Below, one piece after another: positions 36,751 through 46,982 of a stretch of DNA of 64,000 nucleotides. Made by a program: the position numbers and the translations under genes. Position 1 is the stretch's first letter. Every line of letters starts with the position of its first letter. Origin of the DNA: an uncultured Eubacteriales bacterium (lineage in GTDB: Bacteria > Acidobacteriota > Aminicenantia > Aminicenantales > Saccharicenantaceae). The stretch spans positions 7,605 to 71,604 of the forward strand of contig CAYQZX010000054.1 of assembly GCA_964422165.1 (NCBI GenBank). The letters run 5' to 3'. The notes beneath the pieces were generated by a model. It worked only from the letters and a program-made list of their open reading frames with translations. It was not told the origin of the DNA and searched no databases.

Positions 36751-38663
36751 GGCCCACCATGAAAAGGCTAAGAAAATTTAAGAATGTTGAAGACCTCCGT
36801 AAAACCATTCAACAGCAAGAAGCAACCAGGCAGCAGGAGACGAAAAAGGTGATAACGGTCTCATCCGGAACCTGTGGTCAGGCCCGGGGCTCGCAAAAAG
36901 TAATTGAGGCTTTGAAAAAAGCCCTAAAGGCTGAGGGACTTAAAGACCAGGTTATCGTGCGAATTACTGGATGTCATGGATTCTGCGAGGCCGAACCCAA
37001 CCTCATTATCTACCCTGACCGGATTTTCTACCAGAAGCTGACTCCTGAAGATGTCAGGACCATCGTCCAGGAAACTATCAAAGATGGGCGTGTAGTGGAA
37101 AAATACCTCTACCGTGATCCGAGGACTAAAGAGAGAGCCTGGTACGAAAACGAGATTCAGTTTTACCAGAAGCAGAAAAGAATAGTTCTTGGAGACAACA
37201 TTTTCGTGGACCCAACCAGCCTTCTGGACTATCTGGCCATCGGCGGGTTCAAGCCTTTTCTTAAAGCCCTGACGGAATTCCACCCTGAGGAAATTATTCA
37301 GACAGTGAAAAAATCAGGCCTTCGCGGCCGCGGAGGAGCTGGCTTCCCGACTGGAGTTAAATGGGAAGCAACCCGGCGTTCTCCCGGTGACATTAAATAC
37401 ATTATCTGCAACGGTGACGAAGGCGACCCCGGAGCCTACATGGACCGAAGTGTCCTTGAAGGCAATCCCTTCCGGGTGTTAGAGGGGATGATGATTGGAG
37501 CTCTGGCCATCGGCGCCAGGGAAGGTTTTATCTATGTCCGCGACGAATATCCTCTGGCCGTCCGGCATGTAACCCTGGCGGTTGACCAGCTTTACCGGGC
37601 TGGCCTACTGGGAAAAAATATTCTGGGTACTGAGTTTAGCTTTGACCTGCATATTTCCAAGGGAGCTGGTGCCTTTGTTTGCGGTGAAGAAACGGCTCTG
37701 ATCGCTTCCATTGAAGGACGAGTAGGAGAACCACGCCAGAGGCCACCCTTCCCGGCTCAGAAAGGTCTCTGGAAAAAACCAACCTGCATTAACAATGTCG
37801 AAACCTGGGCCAACATTCCGCTCATCATCCAGAACGGGGCTGAATGGTTCTCCAGCATCGGTACCGCCGGCAGTAAGGGAACTAAGATCTTTTCCCTGGT
37901 TGGCAAGATAAATAACACCGGGCTGGTGGAAGTTCCGATGGGAATTACGCTCAGGGAAATTATTTATGATATCGGAGGCGGGATTCCTGATGGCAAGGCT
38001 TTTAAGGCCGTCCAGACCGGTGGTCCCTCAGGCGGATGTCTACCGGCTTCACTTCTGGACCTGCCCATTGATTACGAATCGCTTACTGCCGCCGGTTCCA
38101 TCATGGGCTCTGGCGGTATGATCGTTATGGACGAAAAAACCTGCATGGTTGATGTGGCTATGTATTTTCTCAATTTCCTCCGCGATGAAAGCTGCGGCAA
38201 ATGTATTTCCTGCCGAGAAGGAACCCAGAGGATGTGGGAAATAGTCAAAGATATTTCCGAAGGCAAGGGAAAGCCCGGGGACCTTGAACTTCTGGAAGAG
38301 CTGGCTCTGGCCACTAAAGACGCTTCAATGTGCGGTCTTGGACAGACAGCCGCCAACCCGGTTCTTTCCACCTTGCGCTATTTTCGTGAAGAGTTTGAAG
38401 CTCATATCTATGAAAAAAGATGCCCGGCCGGGGTCTGTAAAAGCCTCATCCGCTACGTGGTCATTCCGGAAAAATGCACTGGCTGCGAAGCCTGTAAAAG
38501 AGCCTGTCCGACGCAGGCTATTCAGGGAACCAGAAAAGATGTCCATCTCATTCTCTATGATAAATGCATCAAGTGCGGAGCCTGCCTGGAAGCTTGCCGT
38601 TTTGAAGCCATTGAAGCTCAGCGTGATGAGGCCATCATAATTGATAAAGAGGTGCGGCTATGA
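36747..38663 (+). CDS. NuoF/HydB-like NADH-binding flavoprotein subunit with an N-terminal thioredoxin-like 2Fe-2S domain and a C-terminal 2x[4Fe-4S]; ATG at 36759 is an alternative start
   Basis: GRGGAGFPTG FMN/NADH motif, SCGKCISCREG cluster motif and C-terminal CTGCEACKRACP / CIKCGACLEACR motifs. Confidence 0.85.
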   Translation: MRPTMKRLRKFKNVEDLRKTIQQQEATRQQETKKVITVSSGTCGQARGSQKVIEALKKALKAEGLKDQVIVRITGCHGFCEAEPNLIIYPDRIFYQKLTPEDVRTIVQETIKDGRVVEKYLYRDPRTKERAWYENEIQFYQKQKRIVLGDNIFVDPTSLLDYLAIGGFKPFLKALTEFHPEEIIQTVKKSGLRGRGGAGFPTGVKWEATRRSPGDIKYIICNGDEGDPGAYMDRSVLEGNPFRVLEGMMIGALAIGAREGFIYVRDEYPLAVRHVTLAVDQLYRAGLLGKNILGTEFSFDLHISKGAGAFVCGEETALIASIEGRVGEPRQRPPFPAQKGLWKKPTCINNVETWANIPLIIQNGAEWFSSIGTAGSKGTKIFSLVGKINNTGLVEVPMGITLREIIYDIGGGIPDGKAFKAVQTGGPSGGCLPASLLDLPIDYESLTAAGSIMGSGGMIVMDEKTCMVDVAMYFLNFLRDESCGKCISCREGTQRMWEIVKDISEGKGKPGDLELLEELALATKDASMCGLGQTAANPVLSTLRYFREEFEAHIYEKRCPAGVCKSLIRYVVIPEKCTGCEACKRACPTQAIQGTRKDVHLILYDKCIKCGACLEACRFEAIEAQRDEAIIIDKEVRL

Positions 38664-39340
38664 TTACCATGAAAATTAATGGGGTCGAAGTCAAGGCTGA
38701 GGAAGGCTGGACCATCCTGGAAACAGCTCAATTTTACGGGCTGGAAATTCCAACCCTCTGCCATCATGAAGGCTTAAGTCCTTACGGTGCCTGCCGCCTC
38801 TGTCTGGTGGAAATCGGAGAGGGAGCAAAAGCCAAACTGGTCTCTTCCTGCACCTACCCGGCGGAAGAAGGTCTGATAGTGCACACAGACACCAGGAGGG
38901 TAATTCAGGCCCGGCGGATGATGATTGAGCTGATGCTTTCGGTAGCTCCTTACTCCAAGGTGATTCAGGACCTGGCCTCAAAATTCGGTGTAACCAGGAT
39001 GAGATTCACAATTCGCAATGAAGAATGCATTCTGTGCGGACTTTGCATCCGCATGTGTGCTGAGCAGATGGACGGAAAAGCCATAGGCTTCCAGAATCGC
39101 GGCTATCAAAGAAAGATTTCCACACCTTTTGATATCCGTTCAGAAGAATGCCGTCTGTGCGGCGGATGCATCTACATCTGTCCAGCCTGTCAGCTCCGCT
39201 GTCAGGGACCGCAGGCTGAGACTGCCCTTTGCAATGCCTGCTTGACTATGGACCCAACCTGCCTGGATTACTACGATGAACTGCAGTGCTGGATGTATGA
39301 TGCCGGGCGCTGCGGAACCTGTGTCCGGGAGAAAAAGTGA
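38660..39340 (+). CDS. NuoG/HydA N-terminal-like ferredoxin ([2Fe-2S] plus 2x[4Fe-4S]) lacking any catalytic domain
   Basis: LCHHEGLSPYGACRLCLVEI 2Fe-2S motif, then CILCGLCIRMC and CRLCGGCIYICP motifs. Confidence 0.7.
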   Translation: MITMKINGVEVKAEEGWTILETAQFYGLEIPTLCHHEGLSPYGACRLCLVEIGEGAKAKLVSSCTYPAEEGLIVHTDTRRVIQARRMMIELMLSVAPYSKVIQDLASKFGVTRMRFTIRNEECILCGLCIRMCAEQMDGKAIGFQNRGYQRKISTPFDIRSEECRLCGGCIYICPACQLRCQGPQAETALCNACLTMDPTCLDYYDELQCWMYDAGRCGTCVREKK

Positions 39341-39397
39341 TGATTATCAACTTAAATCATTTAAATAACCTAAAAAAGGGAAAAAGGAGGTAATGCA

Positions 39398-40975
39398 ATG
39401 ACCTTTACAAAAATTAATAGGAGTGCAGCTACCCTGACCAAAAACAGGACTGAAGGCTCCATCAGCCCCTTCAGTGGGATGTGTGTAACCTGTGTCGATG
39501 GCTGCATAGGAATGTGTGAAATCGGGAAATCCGCCTACCGTGGAACCGAAGTTCTCTACCCTCAACCTTTTGGAATAATAACCGCAGCTTCAGAAAAAGA
39601 CTATCCAGTGGACCTTTCCCATTTCAATATAATGGGGACCGCAGCGGGAGCCTGGGGTGTGGAAGCCGACAGCGATAAAGCTACCTTCGAAAAAGTCTCA
39701 GTCGAAACGGCCATCGGACATGATAAAGGCATAAAACTACGTGTTCCTTTCGTTATCTCTGGGATGGGTTCAACCAACGTGGCCAAGCAGAACTGGGCCG
39801 GTTTGGCTATTGGGGCAGCTATCTCCGGGGCCATCCTGACTGTAGGCGAAAATGTCTGCGGAATGGATGAGGAAGCCGAAATCAGAAACGGGCGGGTGGT
39901 CCGTTCGCCTGATATGGAAATGAGGGTTAGATCCTTCCAGGATTGGTATGACGGCTACGGCACCGTGGTCGTGCAGGCCAACGTGGAAGATACCCGCCTC
40001 GGCGTCCAGGAATATGTGATCGAAAAATTAGGAGTCACCGCCGTGGAACTCAAATGGGGCCAGGGAGCTAAGGACATCGGCGGTGAAGTCAAGATTAAAT
40101 CCCTGAAAAAAGCCCAGGATTTGAAGAAAAGAGGCTATATTGTTTTACCCGATCCTGAAGACCCCGCGGTCATTCAGGCCTTTGAAAAAGGCAGCTTTAA
40201 GGAATTTGAACGACACAGCCGTCTGGGTATGGTGGAAGAAGAGAGTTTTCTCAAGCGCGTGGAAGAGCTGAGAAAAGCCGGGGCTAAATATGTTTTTCTA
40301 AAGACCGGAGCCTACCGGCCGGCCGACCTGGCCAGAGCAGTCAAATATGCTTCCAAGGCAAAAATTGACCTGCTGACGGTGGACGGAGCCGGGGGAGGCA
40401 CAGGAATGAGTCCGTGGCGGATGATGAACGAGTGGGGCATCCCGGGGGTTGAAATCTGGTCGCTAACCTATAAATACGCTGATTATCTGGCCAAAAAAGG
40501 TGAATATGTTCCGGATATAGTATTTGCCGGTGGTATTACTTTTGAAGACCAGATTTTTAAGGCTCTGGCTCTGGGAGCTCCTTACGTCAAAGCAGTCGGC
40601 ATGGCCAGGTCGCCTCTGGCTGCAGCTATGGTTGGTAAAACCATTGGCAGCCGCATCAAAGACGGACAGATTCCCGTCTACGTTGAGCGATTTGGAAATT
40701 CGGTCGAAGAAATCTTCATCACCGCACCCGAACTTAAGAAGAGATTCGGTCAAAGGTTTGACGAGCTACCGCCCGGAGCCATAGGTGTTTATACCTATTT
40801 CAAGCGCCTCAACCAGGGACTGCGTCAGCTGATGGCTGGGGCCAGAAAATTCGCCTTAAGCTACATCACTCGAGACGACATTGGAGCTCTGACCATGGAG
40901 GCCGCCAGGATAAGCGGCATCAAGTACATCCAGGACATCGATAAAGAAGAAGTGGAGAAAATCCTAAATTCTTGA
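39398..40975 (+). CDS. glutamate synthase FMN-core domain protein (archaeal-type GltB domain-2-like) with an N-terminal Cys cluster and no glutaminase domain
   Basis: Glu_synthase-type TIM-barrel signatures (FVISGMGSTN, GGGTGMSP) and an N-terminal CVTCVDGCIGMCE motif. Confidence 0.75.
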   Translation: MTFTKINRSAATLTKNRTEGSISPFSGMCVTCVDGCIGMCEIGKSAYRGTEVLYPQPFGIITAASEKDYPVDLSHFNIMGTAAGAWGVEADSDKATFEKVSVETAIGHDKGIKLRVPFVISGMGSTNVAKQNWAGLAIGAAISGAILTVGENVCGMDEEAEIRNGRVVRSPDMEMRVRSFQDWYDGYGTVVVQANVEDTRLGVQEYVIEKLGVTAVELKWGQGAKDIGGEVKIKSLKKAQDLKKRGYIVLPDPEDPAVIQAFEKGSFKEFERHSRLGMVEEESFLKRVEELRKAGAKYVFLKTGAYRPADLARAVKYASKAKIDLLTVDGAGGGTGMSPWRMMNEWGIPGVEIWSLTYKYADYLAKKGEYVPDIVFAGGITFEDQIFKALALGAPYVKAVGMARSPLAAAMVGKTIGSRIKDGQIPVYVERFGNSVEEIFITAPELKKRFGQRFDELPPGAIGVYTYFKRLNQGLRQLMAGARKFALSYITRDDIGALTMEAARISGIKYIQDIDKEEVEKILNS

Positions 40976-41217
40976 TCTTTGCCTTAACCTGAACTTAAGG
41001 GCCCGCTCTCACAGAAGAGTGGGCCTATCGTTTAAGCTAAAATAATTCTGCCTTTCTCTTCCCCGACCAGCAAAAAATCCTGGTGTGAAAACATCCAGAT
41101 AAATACTCCAGAAAGATTTAATTTTTCCCATTATCTGAAAAACTTAATATAGGTAAATAGTCAGGCCATAGACTTATACCGTGTTCTTATGGTATAAGAA
41201 AATGACTGAAACAAACC

Positions 41218-41889
41218 ATGATTACAACAATAATTAGCCTGTTTATTCTGCTGTTCGCCATAACCATACACGAAGCCGCTCACGGCTGGGTAGCTTACCG
41301 CCTGGGTGACCCTACGGCTATGGCTTCAGGAAGAGTTACACTTAACCCAATAGCCCATATCGACCTCTTTGGCACCATCATTCTGCCCCTGCTGCTGGCA
41401 GTGTTCGGGGCCCCAGTTTTCGGTTGGGCCAAACCCGTCCCGGTTAATCCTCATTTTCTCCGTAACCCCAGACGGGACGGCTTCTGGATTTCTTTAGCCG
41501 GACCCGCTGCCAACATCATAGCAGCTGTTATTGCTCTACTTCTAATAATCTTGCTCAAAACTCTGACCCCGGTCACTACTACCACTCTTTACAATTTTCT
41601 GACCGCTCGAGGACCGGCTGCCGGACTCCAGCCCCTTCAGGGTCTGGTTATAATTCTTTTCTACCTGGTTTTAATCAATACTTACCTGGTGGCTTTCAAC
41701 CTGATTCCCATGTATCCTCTGGATGGAAGCGGAGTCCTGGAGGGATTGCTGCCTGACCATCTGGCCGACCAGTATGCCAGGCTACGTCCTTACGGTTTTA
41801 TAATTGTGGTGATCCTCATTTCAGTGGGATTTCTGGACCTGATCATCAGGCCTTTACAATACCTGATTCTGGGAATAATCTTTTTCTGA
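41218..41889 (+). CDS. M50 family (site-2 protease-like) membrane metalloprotease
   Basis: HExxH motif (TIHEAAHGWV) within a TM helix, and multi-TM topology. Confidence 0.75.
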   Translation: MITTIISLFILLFAITIHEAAHGWVAYRLGDPTAMASGRVTLNPIAHIDLFGTIILPLLLAVFGAPVFGWAKPVPVNPHFLRNPRRDGFWISLAGPAANIIAAVIALLLIILLKTLTPVTTTTLYNFLTARGPAAGLQPLQGLVIILFYLVLINTYLVAFNLIPMYPLDGSGVLEGLLPDHLADQYARLRPYGFIIVVILISVGFLDLIIRPLQYLILGIIFF

Positions 41890-41900
41890 GAAAAACAGCT

Positions 41901-42935
41901 ATGAGTGAAGCCCGTAAGAAAACCGTTTTGAGCGGGATGCGGCCAACCGGCCCGCTCCATCTTGGAAATTATGTCGGAGCCCTGCGGGGTTGGGTACGTC
42001 TGCAGGAAACCCACCGCTGCTTTTTCACCATAGTACCCTGGCACGCCCTGAGCTCCGAGTATGAAAACCCGAAAGTCATCAAAGAATACACTTTTGAAGT
42101 TGCACTCGACTGGTTAGCCGCCGGTCTGGACCCGAAAAAGTCGGTGCTTTTCATCCAGTCGGAAGTCAAGGAGCATGCCGAACTCCATCTTCTGCTTTCC
42201 ATGATAACGCCCTTGTCCTGGCTGGAACGAGTACCTACTTTTAAAGAACAGCAACAGGAAATTCAGGACCGTGAGCTTAACACTTACGGTTTTCTTGGCT
42301 ATCCCCTGCTGCAGACCGCCGACATAATTATCTATAAAGCTGAAGTGGTTCCGGTCGGGGAGGACCAGGCTTTTCACATTGAGCTGGCCAGGGAAATTGT
42401 CCGGCGGTTTAACCGCTTTTACGGAGAGGTTTTTCCAGAGCCTCAAATGCTGCTGACAGAAGTGCCAAAGCTGTCCGGGACTGACGGACGCAAAATGAGC
42501 AAATCCTACGGAAACGCCATCTATCTAAAAGACTCCCCAGAAACGATCCGCCAGAAAATTTCTCCCATGGTCACCGACACCCGCAGAAAAAGACGCAGCG
42601 ACCCGGGTGAACCAGACGACTGTCCGGTGTTTACCCTTCATCGGGCTTTTGTCCCTGAAAGCCGGAGAGAAGAACTGGCTGCCGGGTGCCGGGGGGCTTC
42701 TATCGGCTGCCTGGACTGTAAGAAAGTGGTGATTGAGGCCCTAATAGAAGAATTTGCCAGTTTTAGAGAGAAAAGAAATTATTACGAAAAGCATCCAGAA
42801 CTGGTCTGGGAAATATTCGAAGAAGGCAACAGGCAAGCCCGGGAAGTGGCCTCCCAAACCATGGAAGAGGTCAGACAGGCCATGGGTCTGGTTTTTCCCT
42901 TCAAGACCAAATCCTTTTCTAAAGAGAAACGCTGA
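41901..42935 (+). CDS. trpS: tryptophan--tRNA ligase
   Basis: HIGH-type motif PTGPLHLGNY and KMSKS. Confidence 0.9.
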   Translation: MSEARKKTVLSGMRPTGPLHLGNYVGALRGWVRLQETHRCFFTIVPWHALSSEYENPKVIKEYTFEVALDWLAAGLDPKKSVLFIQSEVKEHAELHLLLSMITPLSWLERVPTFKEQQQEIQDRELNTYGFLGYPLLQTADIIIYKAEVVPVGEDQAFHIELAREIVRRFNRFYGEVFPEPQMLLTEVPKLSGTDGRKMSKSYGNAIYLKDSPETIRQKISPMVTDTRRKRRSDPGEPDDCPVFTLHRAFVPESRREELAAGCRGASIGCLDCKKVVIEALIEEFASFREKRNYYEKHPELVWEIFEEGNRQAREVASQTMEEVRQAMGLVFPFKTKSFSKEKR

Positions 42936-43741
42936 TGGAGCAGGAAATTCAGGAGCTTCAAGAAAACCAGGTAGAGACTCAAGTTTCCCAAGCGACAAGC
43001 GATGGTTATCAGGTTAAACTGGAAATCTTTGAAGGACCGCTTGACCTTCTTCTGTTTTTAATCCGCAAGAAAAAAATCGACATTCATGATATTCCCATAG
43101 CCGTCATTACCAGAGATTACCTGGAATACCTGGAAAAAAAAGACCAGATCAATCTGGACCGGGAAGCGGAATTTTTGCTGATTGCGGCCTTGCTGATTTA
43201 TATCAAATCCCAGATGCTGCTGCCCCGGGAACAGGAAGCCGCCCGGGAAGATGACCCCCGGCAAATTCTGGTGGACCGTTTGCTGGAGTACCAGAAAGTC
43301 AAGATAGCCTGTTCTCTTCTCCGGGAAAAAGAGGAAGACCAGCTTCAGCGCTGGAGAAGAACTTTCCTACCGCCAGTAGCCCGACCCGATGAGCTGGATC
43401 TGCTCGAAGTCAGCCTTTTTGACCTGGCCGAGACTTTTTTCCTCATTCTGAAAAGAAAAGAAAAAGAGAATTTCCAGATAATAAAGGGAAAAGATATTTC
43501 GGCAGAGGAAAAGATGAAGGAAATGGTTCACTATCTGGAAAAGCACGGCTCTATGGACTTTCTGGAGTATTTTGAAAATCAGGAAACTCTGGAAGAAGCC
43601 CTGGTTTCCTTTTTCTGTTTATTAGAACTGATCAAAAACCACACTGTGATTGCCGTCCAGGAACAGCTGTTTCAGACCATTAGGGTCTGGCTGCGAAAAA
43701 CCCGGCAACTTTCACACCCTCACGGATCCAGCCATGAATGA
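42935..43741 (+). CDS. scpA: segregation and condensation protein A
   Basis: N-terminal KLEIFEGPLDLLLFLIRKKKIDI is the ScpA signature. Confidence 0.85.
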   Translation: MEQEIQELQENQVETQVSQATSDGYQVKLEIFEGPLDLLLFLIRKKKIDIHDIPIAVITRDYLEYLEKKDQINLDREAEFLLIAALLIYIKSQMLLPREQEAAREDDPRQILVDRLLEYQKVKIACSLLREKEEDQLQRWRRTFLPPVARPDELDLLEVSLFDLAETFFLILKRKEKENFQIIKGKDISAEEKMKEMVHYLEKHGSMDFLEYFENQETLEEALVSFFCLLELIKNHTVIAVQEQLFQTIRVWLRKTRQLSHPHGSSHE

Positions 43742-44282
43742 ACAACTTAAAGCCATTCTGGAAGTGTTGATTTTTATTTCTCAGGAACCACTTACCATTA
43801 GTAAAATAAAGGAAGTCCTGGGTGAAATCCCGGAAGAAGAACTGGAAGAAGCTCTACAATCCCTGGTTTCTGATTATCAGCAAGGTCAGCGTGGAATCCA
43901 GGTAATAAAAAGCGGGGGCGGTTTTATTTTTACCACCAAGCCGGAATATGACCAGTGGGTCCGACGCTATCTTCAGATTGAAAAGAAGACCAAGCTATCC
44001 TCAGCCGCCCTGGAGACTCTCAGTATCATAGCCTATCATCAGCCGATCACCCAGGCAGAAATCTCAGCCATCAGGGGAGTGGACTCGACCTATTCCCTTA
44101 AAACTCTACTTCAGAAGAAGCTGATTAAAATCGTCGGCCGGAAAAAGGCTCCTGGAAATCCCCTGGTTTACCGGACTACCGAAAAATTTCTGCAGTACTT
44201 TGGACTGAACAGTCTGGATGATTTGCCGAAAGAAGAAGAAATTGCTAAAATCCTGGAGGAAGAAAAAGAGACTGTTTCTTAG
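43731..44282 (+). CDS. scpB: segregation and condensation protein B; start set to the ATG that overlaps the scpA stop
   Basis: LEVLIFISQEPLT N-terminus and tandem winged-helix organisation. Confidence 0.85.
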   Translation, partial: AMNEQLKAILEVLIFISQEPLTISKIKEVLGEIPEEELEEALQSLVSDYQQGQRGIQVIKSGGGFIFTTKPEYDQWVRRYLQIEKKTKLSSAALETLSIIAYHQPITQAEISAIRGVDSTYSLKTLLQKKLIKIVGRKKAPGNPLVYRTTEKFLQYFGLNSLDDLPKEEEIAKILEEEKETVS

Positions 44283-44371
44283 CTCTAAGTAGAGAATTTT
44301 CCAGCACTTAGGGTTGACAAAGCGGCCTAACTTCTATAGTATTAGAAGCTATTCTTTAATCGTAATATTCA

Positions 44372-45247
44372 ATGGAAATTATCATTGCCAGAAATAGCGG
44401 ATTTTGTTATGGAGTAAAAAGGGCCTTGCAACTTTCCAGAAAAGCGGGGCAAAGTCAAAAAAACCGCATTTTTAGCTGGGGAGAACTAATCCATAACCCT
44501 GAAGTCATAAAAAAGCTGGAAAAAGACGGCATCCAGGTGGCTAATTCCCTGTCCCAGCTAAAGCCTGGCGATACTGTCATCATCCGGAGCCATGGCGTTT
44601 CCCCGGCTGTTTATCAAGCTTTAAGGAAAAAAAGGGTCAGGTTGATTGACGCCACCTGCCCGATAGTCAAAAAAATCCAGAAAACCGTGGCTGCTCTAAG
44701 CCGTCGGGCCGGTGAAATAATCATCGTCGGCAACAGAAACCATCCAGAAATTCAGGGTCTACTCGGCTACAGCCGTGGCAAAGCCCGGGTGGTGGAGAAT
44801 GTCGAACAGGCCGGCCAGCTGCCATTTAAGAAAAAAAGAGCTGTCCTGGCCCAATCCACCCAGGATGGTGAGCTCTTCAGCCAGGTGGTAGAAACACTGG
44901 TGAATAAGACTGCTGAACTTAGCGTCTTTAATACCATCTGCCAGAGCACCAGAGTCAGGCAGGAAGCAACTGCCGAACTGGCTCGCCGGGTTGACACTCT
45001 GTTAATCATCGGCGGGAAAAACAGTTCCAACACCAACAAGCTCTATCAAATCTCCAGCCGGCTTCTTCCCAGGACCTACTTTATAGAATCACCCGAAGAA
45101 ATCACCCCTGAAATGATTCAGGGGGCCTCATATATAGGGATTTCAGGAGGAGCCTCCACTCCTCCTGAGGTTATTAAAAAAACTGTTTCAGCTATCAGCC
45201 ATAGCTACAAACAGAATTCTCAACAGGAGAAAGTGACCCATGACTGA
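44372..45247 (+). CDS. ispH: 4-hydroxy-3-methylbut-2-enyl diphosphate reductase
   Basis: N-terminal GFCYGVKRA, conserved Cys positions and length. Confidence 0.9.
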   Translation: MEIIIARNSGFCYGVKRALQLSRKAGQSQKNRIFSWGELIHNPEVIKKLEKDGIQVANSLSQLKPGDTVIIRSHGVSPAVYQALRKKRVRLIDATCPIVKKIQKTVAALSRRAGEIIIVGNRNHPEIQGLLGYSRGKARVVENVEQAGQLPFKKKRAVLAQSTQDGELFSQVVETLVNKTAELSVFNTICQSTRVRQEATAELARRVDTLLIIGGKNSSNTNKLYQISSRLLPRTYFIESPEEITPEMIQGASYIGISGGASTPPEVIKKTVSAISHSYKQNSQQEKVTHD

Positions 45248-46982
45248 CATCAAAAAGAACCTCCCAACCGAAGACCAGCTTTCCCCGGAAGACTATGAAC
45301 GTCTTCTCGAGAAGTACCATCTTTCTGACCAGGAACTGACAGCTGGAAGCCTGGTCCGCGGCCGGGTGGTGAAAAAAACCCCGACCCACCTGCTGCTGGA
45401 CATCGGACACAAGACTGAAGGGGCTATACCTCTCGAAGATTTTCGACGTCCCAAAGAATTTGAAGAAATCAAAGTTGGCAGCAATATTGAAGCCATTTTG
45501 GAAAAATCCAGACCTCAGGATGGTTATTTTCTCCTATCCAAAAGAAAAGCTGATACCCAGAGGGCCCTGGAGCAACTGGAGAAAGCTTATCATTCCAATA
45601 ACTGGGTCACCGGAACGGTTGTGGCCAGAGTCAAGAATGGCTACACGGTAGACGTGGGTCTGGAGGCTTTTCTACCTGAGGCCCATGCCGACCTCCGGCC
45701 TTTAAAAGACCCCGAGTCCCTGATTGGCCAGAGCCTGAAGTTTAAGGTTATGAAATTTAACCGCAAAGAAGAAGATGTAGTGCTATCCAGGAAGCTTCTT
45801 CTCCAGGATGAGCGTGAAAAAAGAAAACGCCGGGTTTTTAGCCGTCTGGTCAAAGGTGAGAAGGTAAAAGGCACAGTCAGGTCCCTTACCAGCTTTGGAG
45901 CCTTTATTGACCTTGGCGGAGTGGAGGGGCTGCTTCACATTTCTGATATGAGCTGGGGTAAAATCAATCACCCCTCAGAAATATTCCAGGTTGGACAGGA
46001 AGTTGAGGTTGTAGTCCTGGATTTTAATGAGACTGAAGAAAAGATTTCTCTTGGCTATAAACAGCTGACTCCAGACCCATGGTCAAACGTTCAGGAAAAA
46101 TACCAGCCCGGAATCAAAGTTACCGGCCGGGTGGTCAGCCTTACCGATTTTGGAGCTTTCGTGGAACTGGAAAAAGGTGTGGAAGGGCTGATTCATGTTT
46201 CGGATCTGAGCTGGTCAAAGAAAATGGTTCATCCGAAGAAAGTACTGGCAGTCGGGCAGGAAGTTACGGTTCAGGTGCTGGAAGTCAACCCCGAAAGCCG
46301 CCGGATTTCTCTAGGTTTAAAGCAAGCCATGCCTCATCCACTGGAACTTTTTGCCCAGAAATATAACCCGGGTTCTCGGATTAAAGGCAGGGTTACTAGC
46401 CTGACTGATTTCGGAGCTTTTGTTCAGGTAGATAAGGACATTGAAGGGCTAGTCCATATCTCTGACATCAGCTGGGAAAAAATCAAACATCCATCCGAGA
46501 AACTTAAAGTCGGAGAAGAGGTGGAAGTGGTCCTGCTCAATGTCGACCTGGAAAAGCAGAAAGTGTCCCTGGGTATCAAACAGTTAGAAGGCGATATCTG
46601 GGAAGACTTCTTCCAGAGGCAAAAAGTTGGCGATGTGCTCAAAGTGAAAGTAGCCAGAGTTGCTGATTTTGGTGTTTTTGTGGAAATTGTCCCGGGCATA
46701 GAAGGGGTGGTCTTTAATTCCGAACTGGACGAAAATCGGATAGAAAATCCGGCCGAGGTGTTCAGGCCAGGTGATGAAAAACTGGCCAAAATAATCAAGC
46801 TCAACCCCCAGGCCAGGAAGATCTCTCTGAGCTTCCGTCAGGCCCAGATGGATCTGCAGAAAAAAGAATTTCAGAAATACCTGGAAAATCAGGGTGACCG
46901 CTTGACTCTGGGAGACCTTTTAAGAGAACAGTTGAAAAATTTACCGAATAAGGCCAACGGCAAAAAGGAGGGTGAATCATGA
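45240..46982 (+). CDS. rpsA: 30S ribosomal protein S1 (six S1 repeats)
   Basis: Repeated S1 domain pattern (G.V...FGAFV....GL.H.S). Confidence 0.9.
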   Translation: MTDIKKNLPTEDQLSPEDYERLLEKYHLSDQELTAGSLVRGRVVKKTPTHLLLDIGHKTEGAIPLEDFRRPKEFEEIKVGSNIEAILEKSRPQDGYFLLSKRKADTQRALEQLEKAYHSNNWVTGTVVARVKNGYTVDVGLEAFLPEAHADLRPLKDPESLIGQSLKFKVMKFNRKEEDVVLSRKLLLQDEREKRKRRVFSRLVKGEKVKGTVRSLTSFGAFIDLGGVEGLLHISDMSWGKINHPSEIFQVGQEVEVVVLDFNETEEKISLGYKQLTPDPWSNVQEKYQPGIKVTGRVVSLTDFGAFVELEKGVEGLIHVSDLSWSKKMVHPKKVLAVGQEVTVQVLEVNPESRRISLGLKQAMPHPLELFAQKYNPGSRIKGRVTSLTDFGAFVQVDKDIEGLVHISDISWEKIKHPSEKLKVGEEVEVVLLNVDLEKQKVSLGIKQLEGDIWEDFFQRQKVGDVLKVKVARVADFGVFVEIVPGIEGVVFNSELDENRIENPAEVFRPGDEKLAKIIKLNPQARKISLSFRQAQMDLQKKEFQKYLENQGDRLTLGDLLREQLKNLPNKANGKKEGES

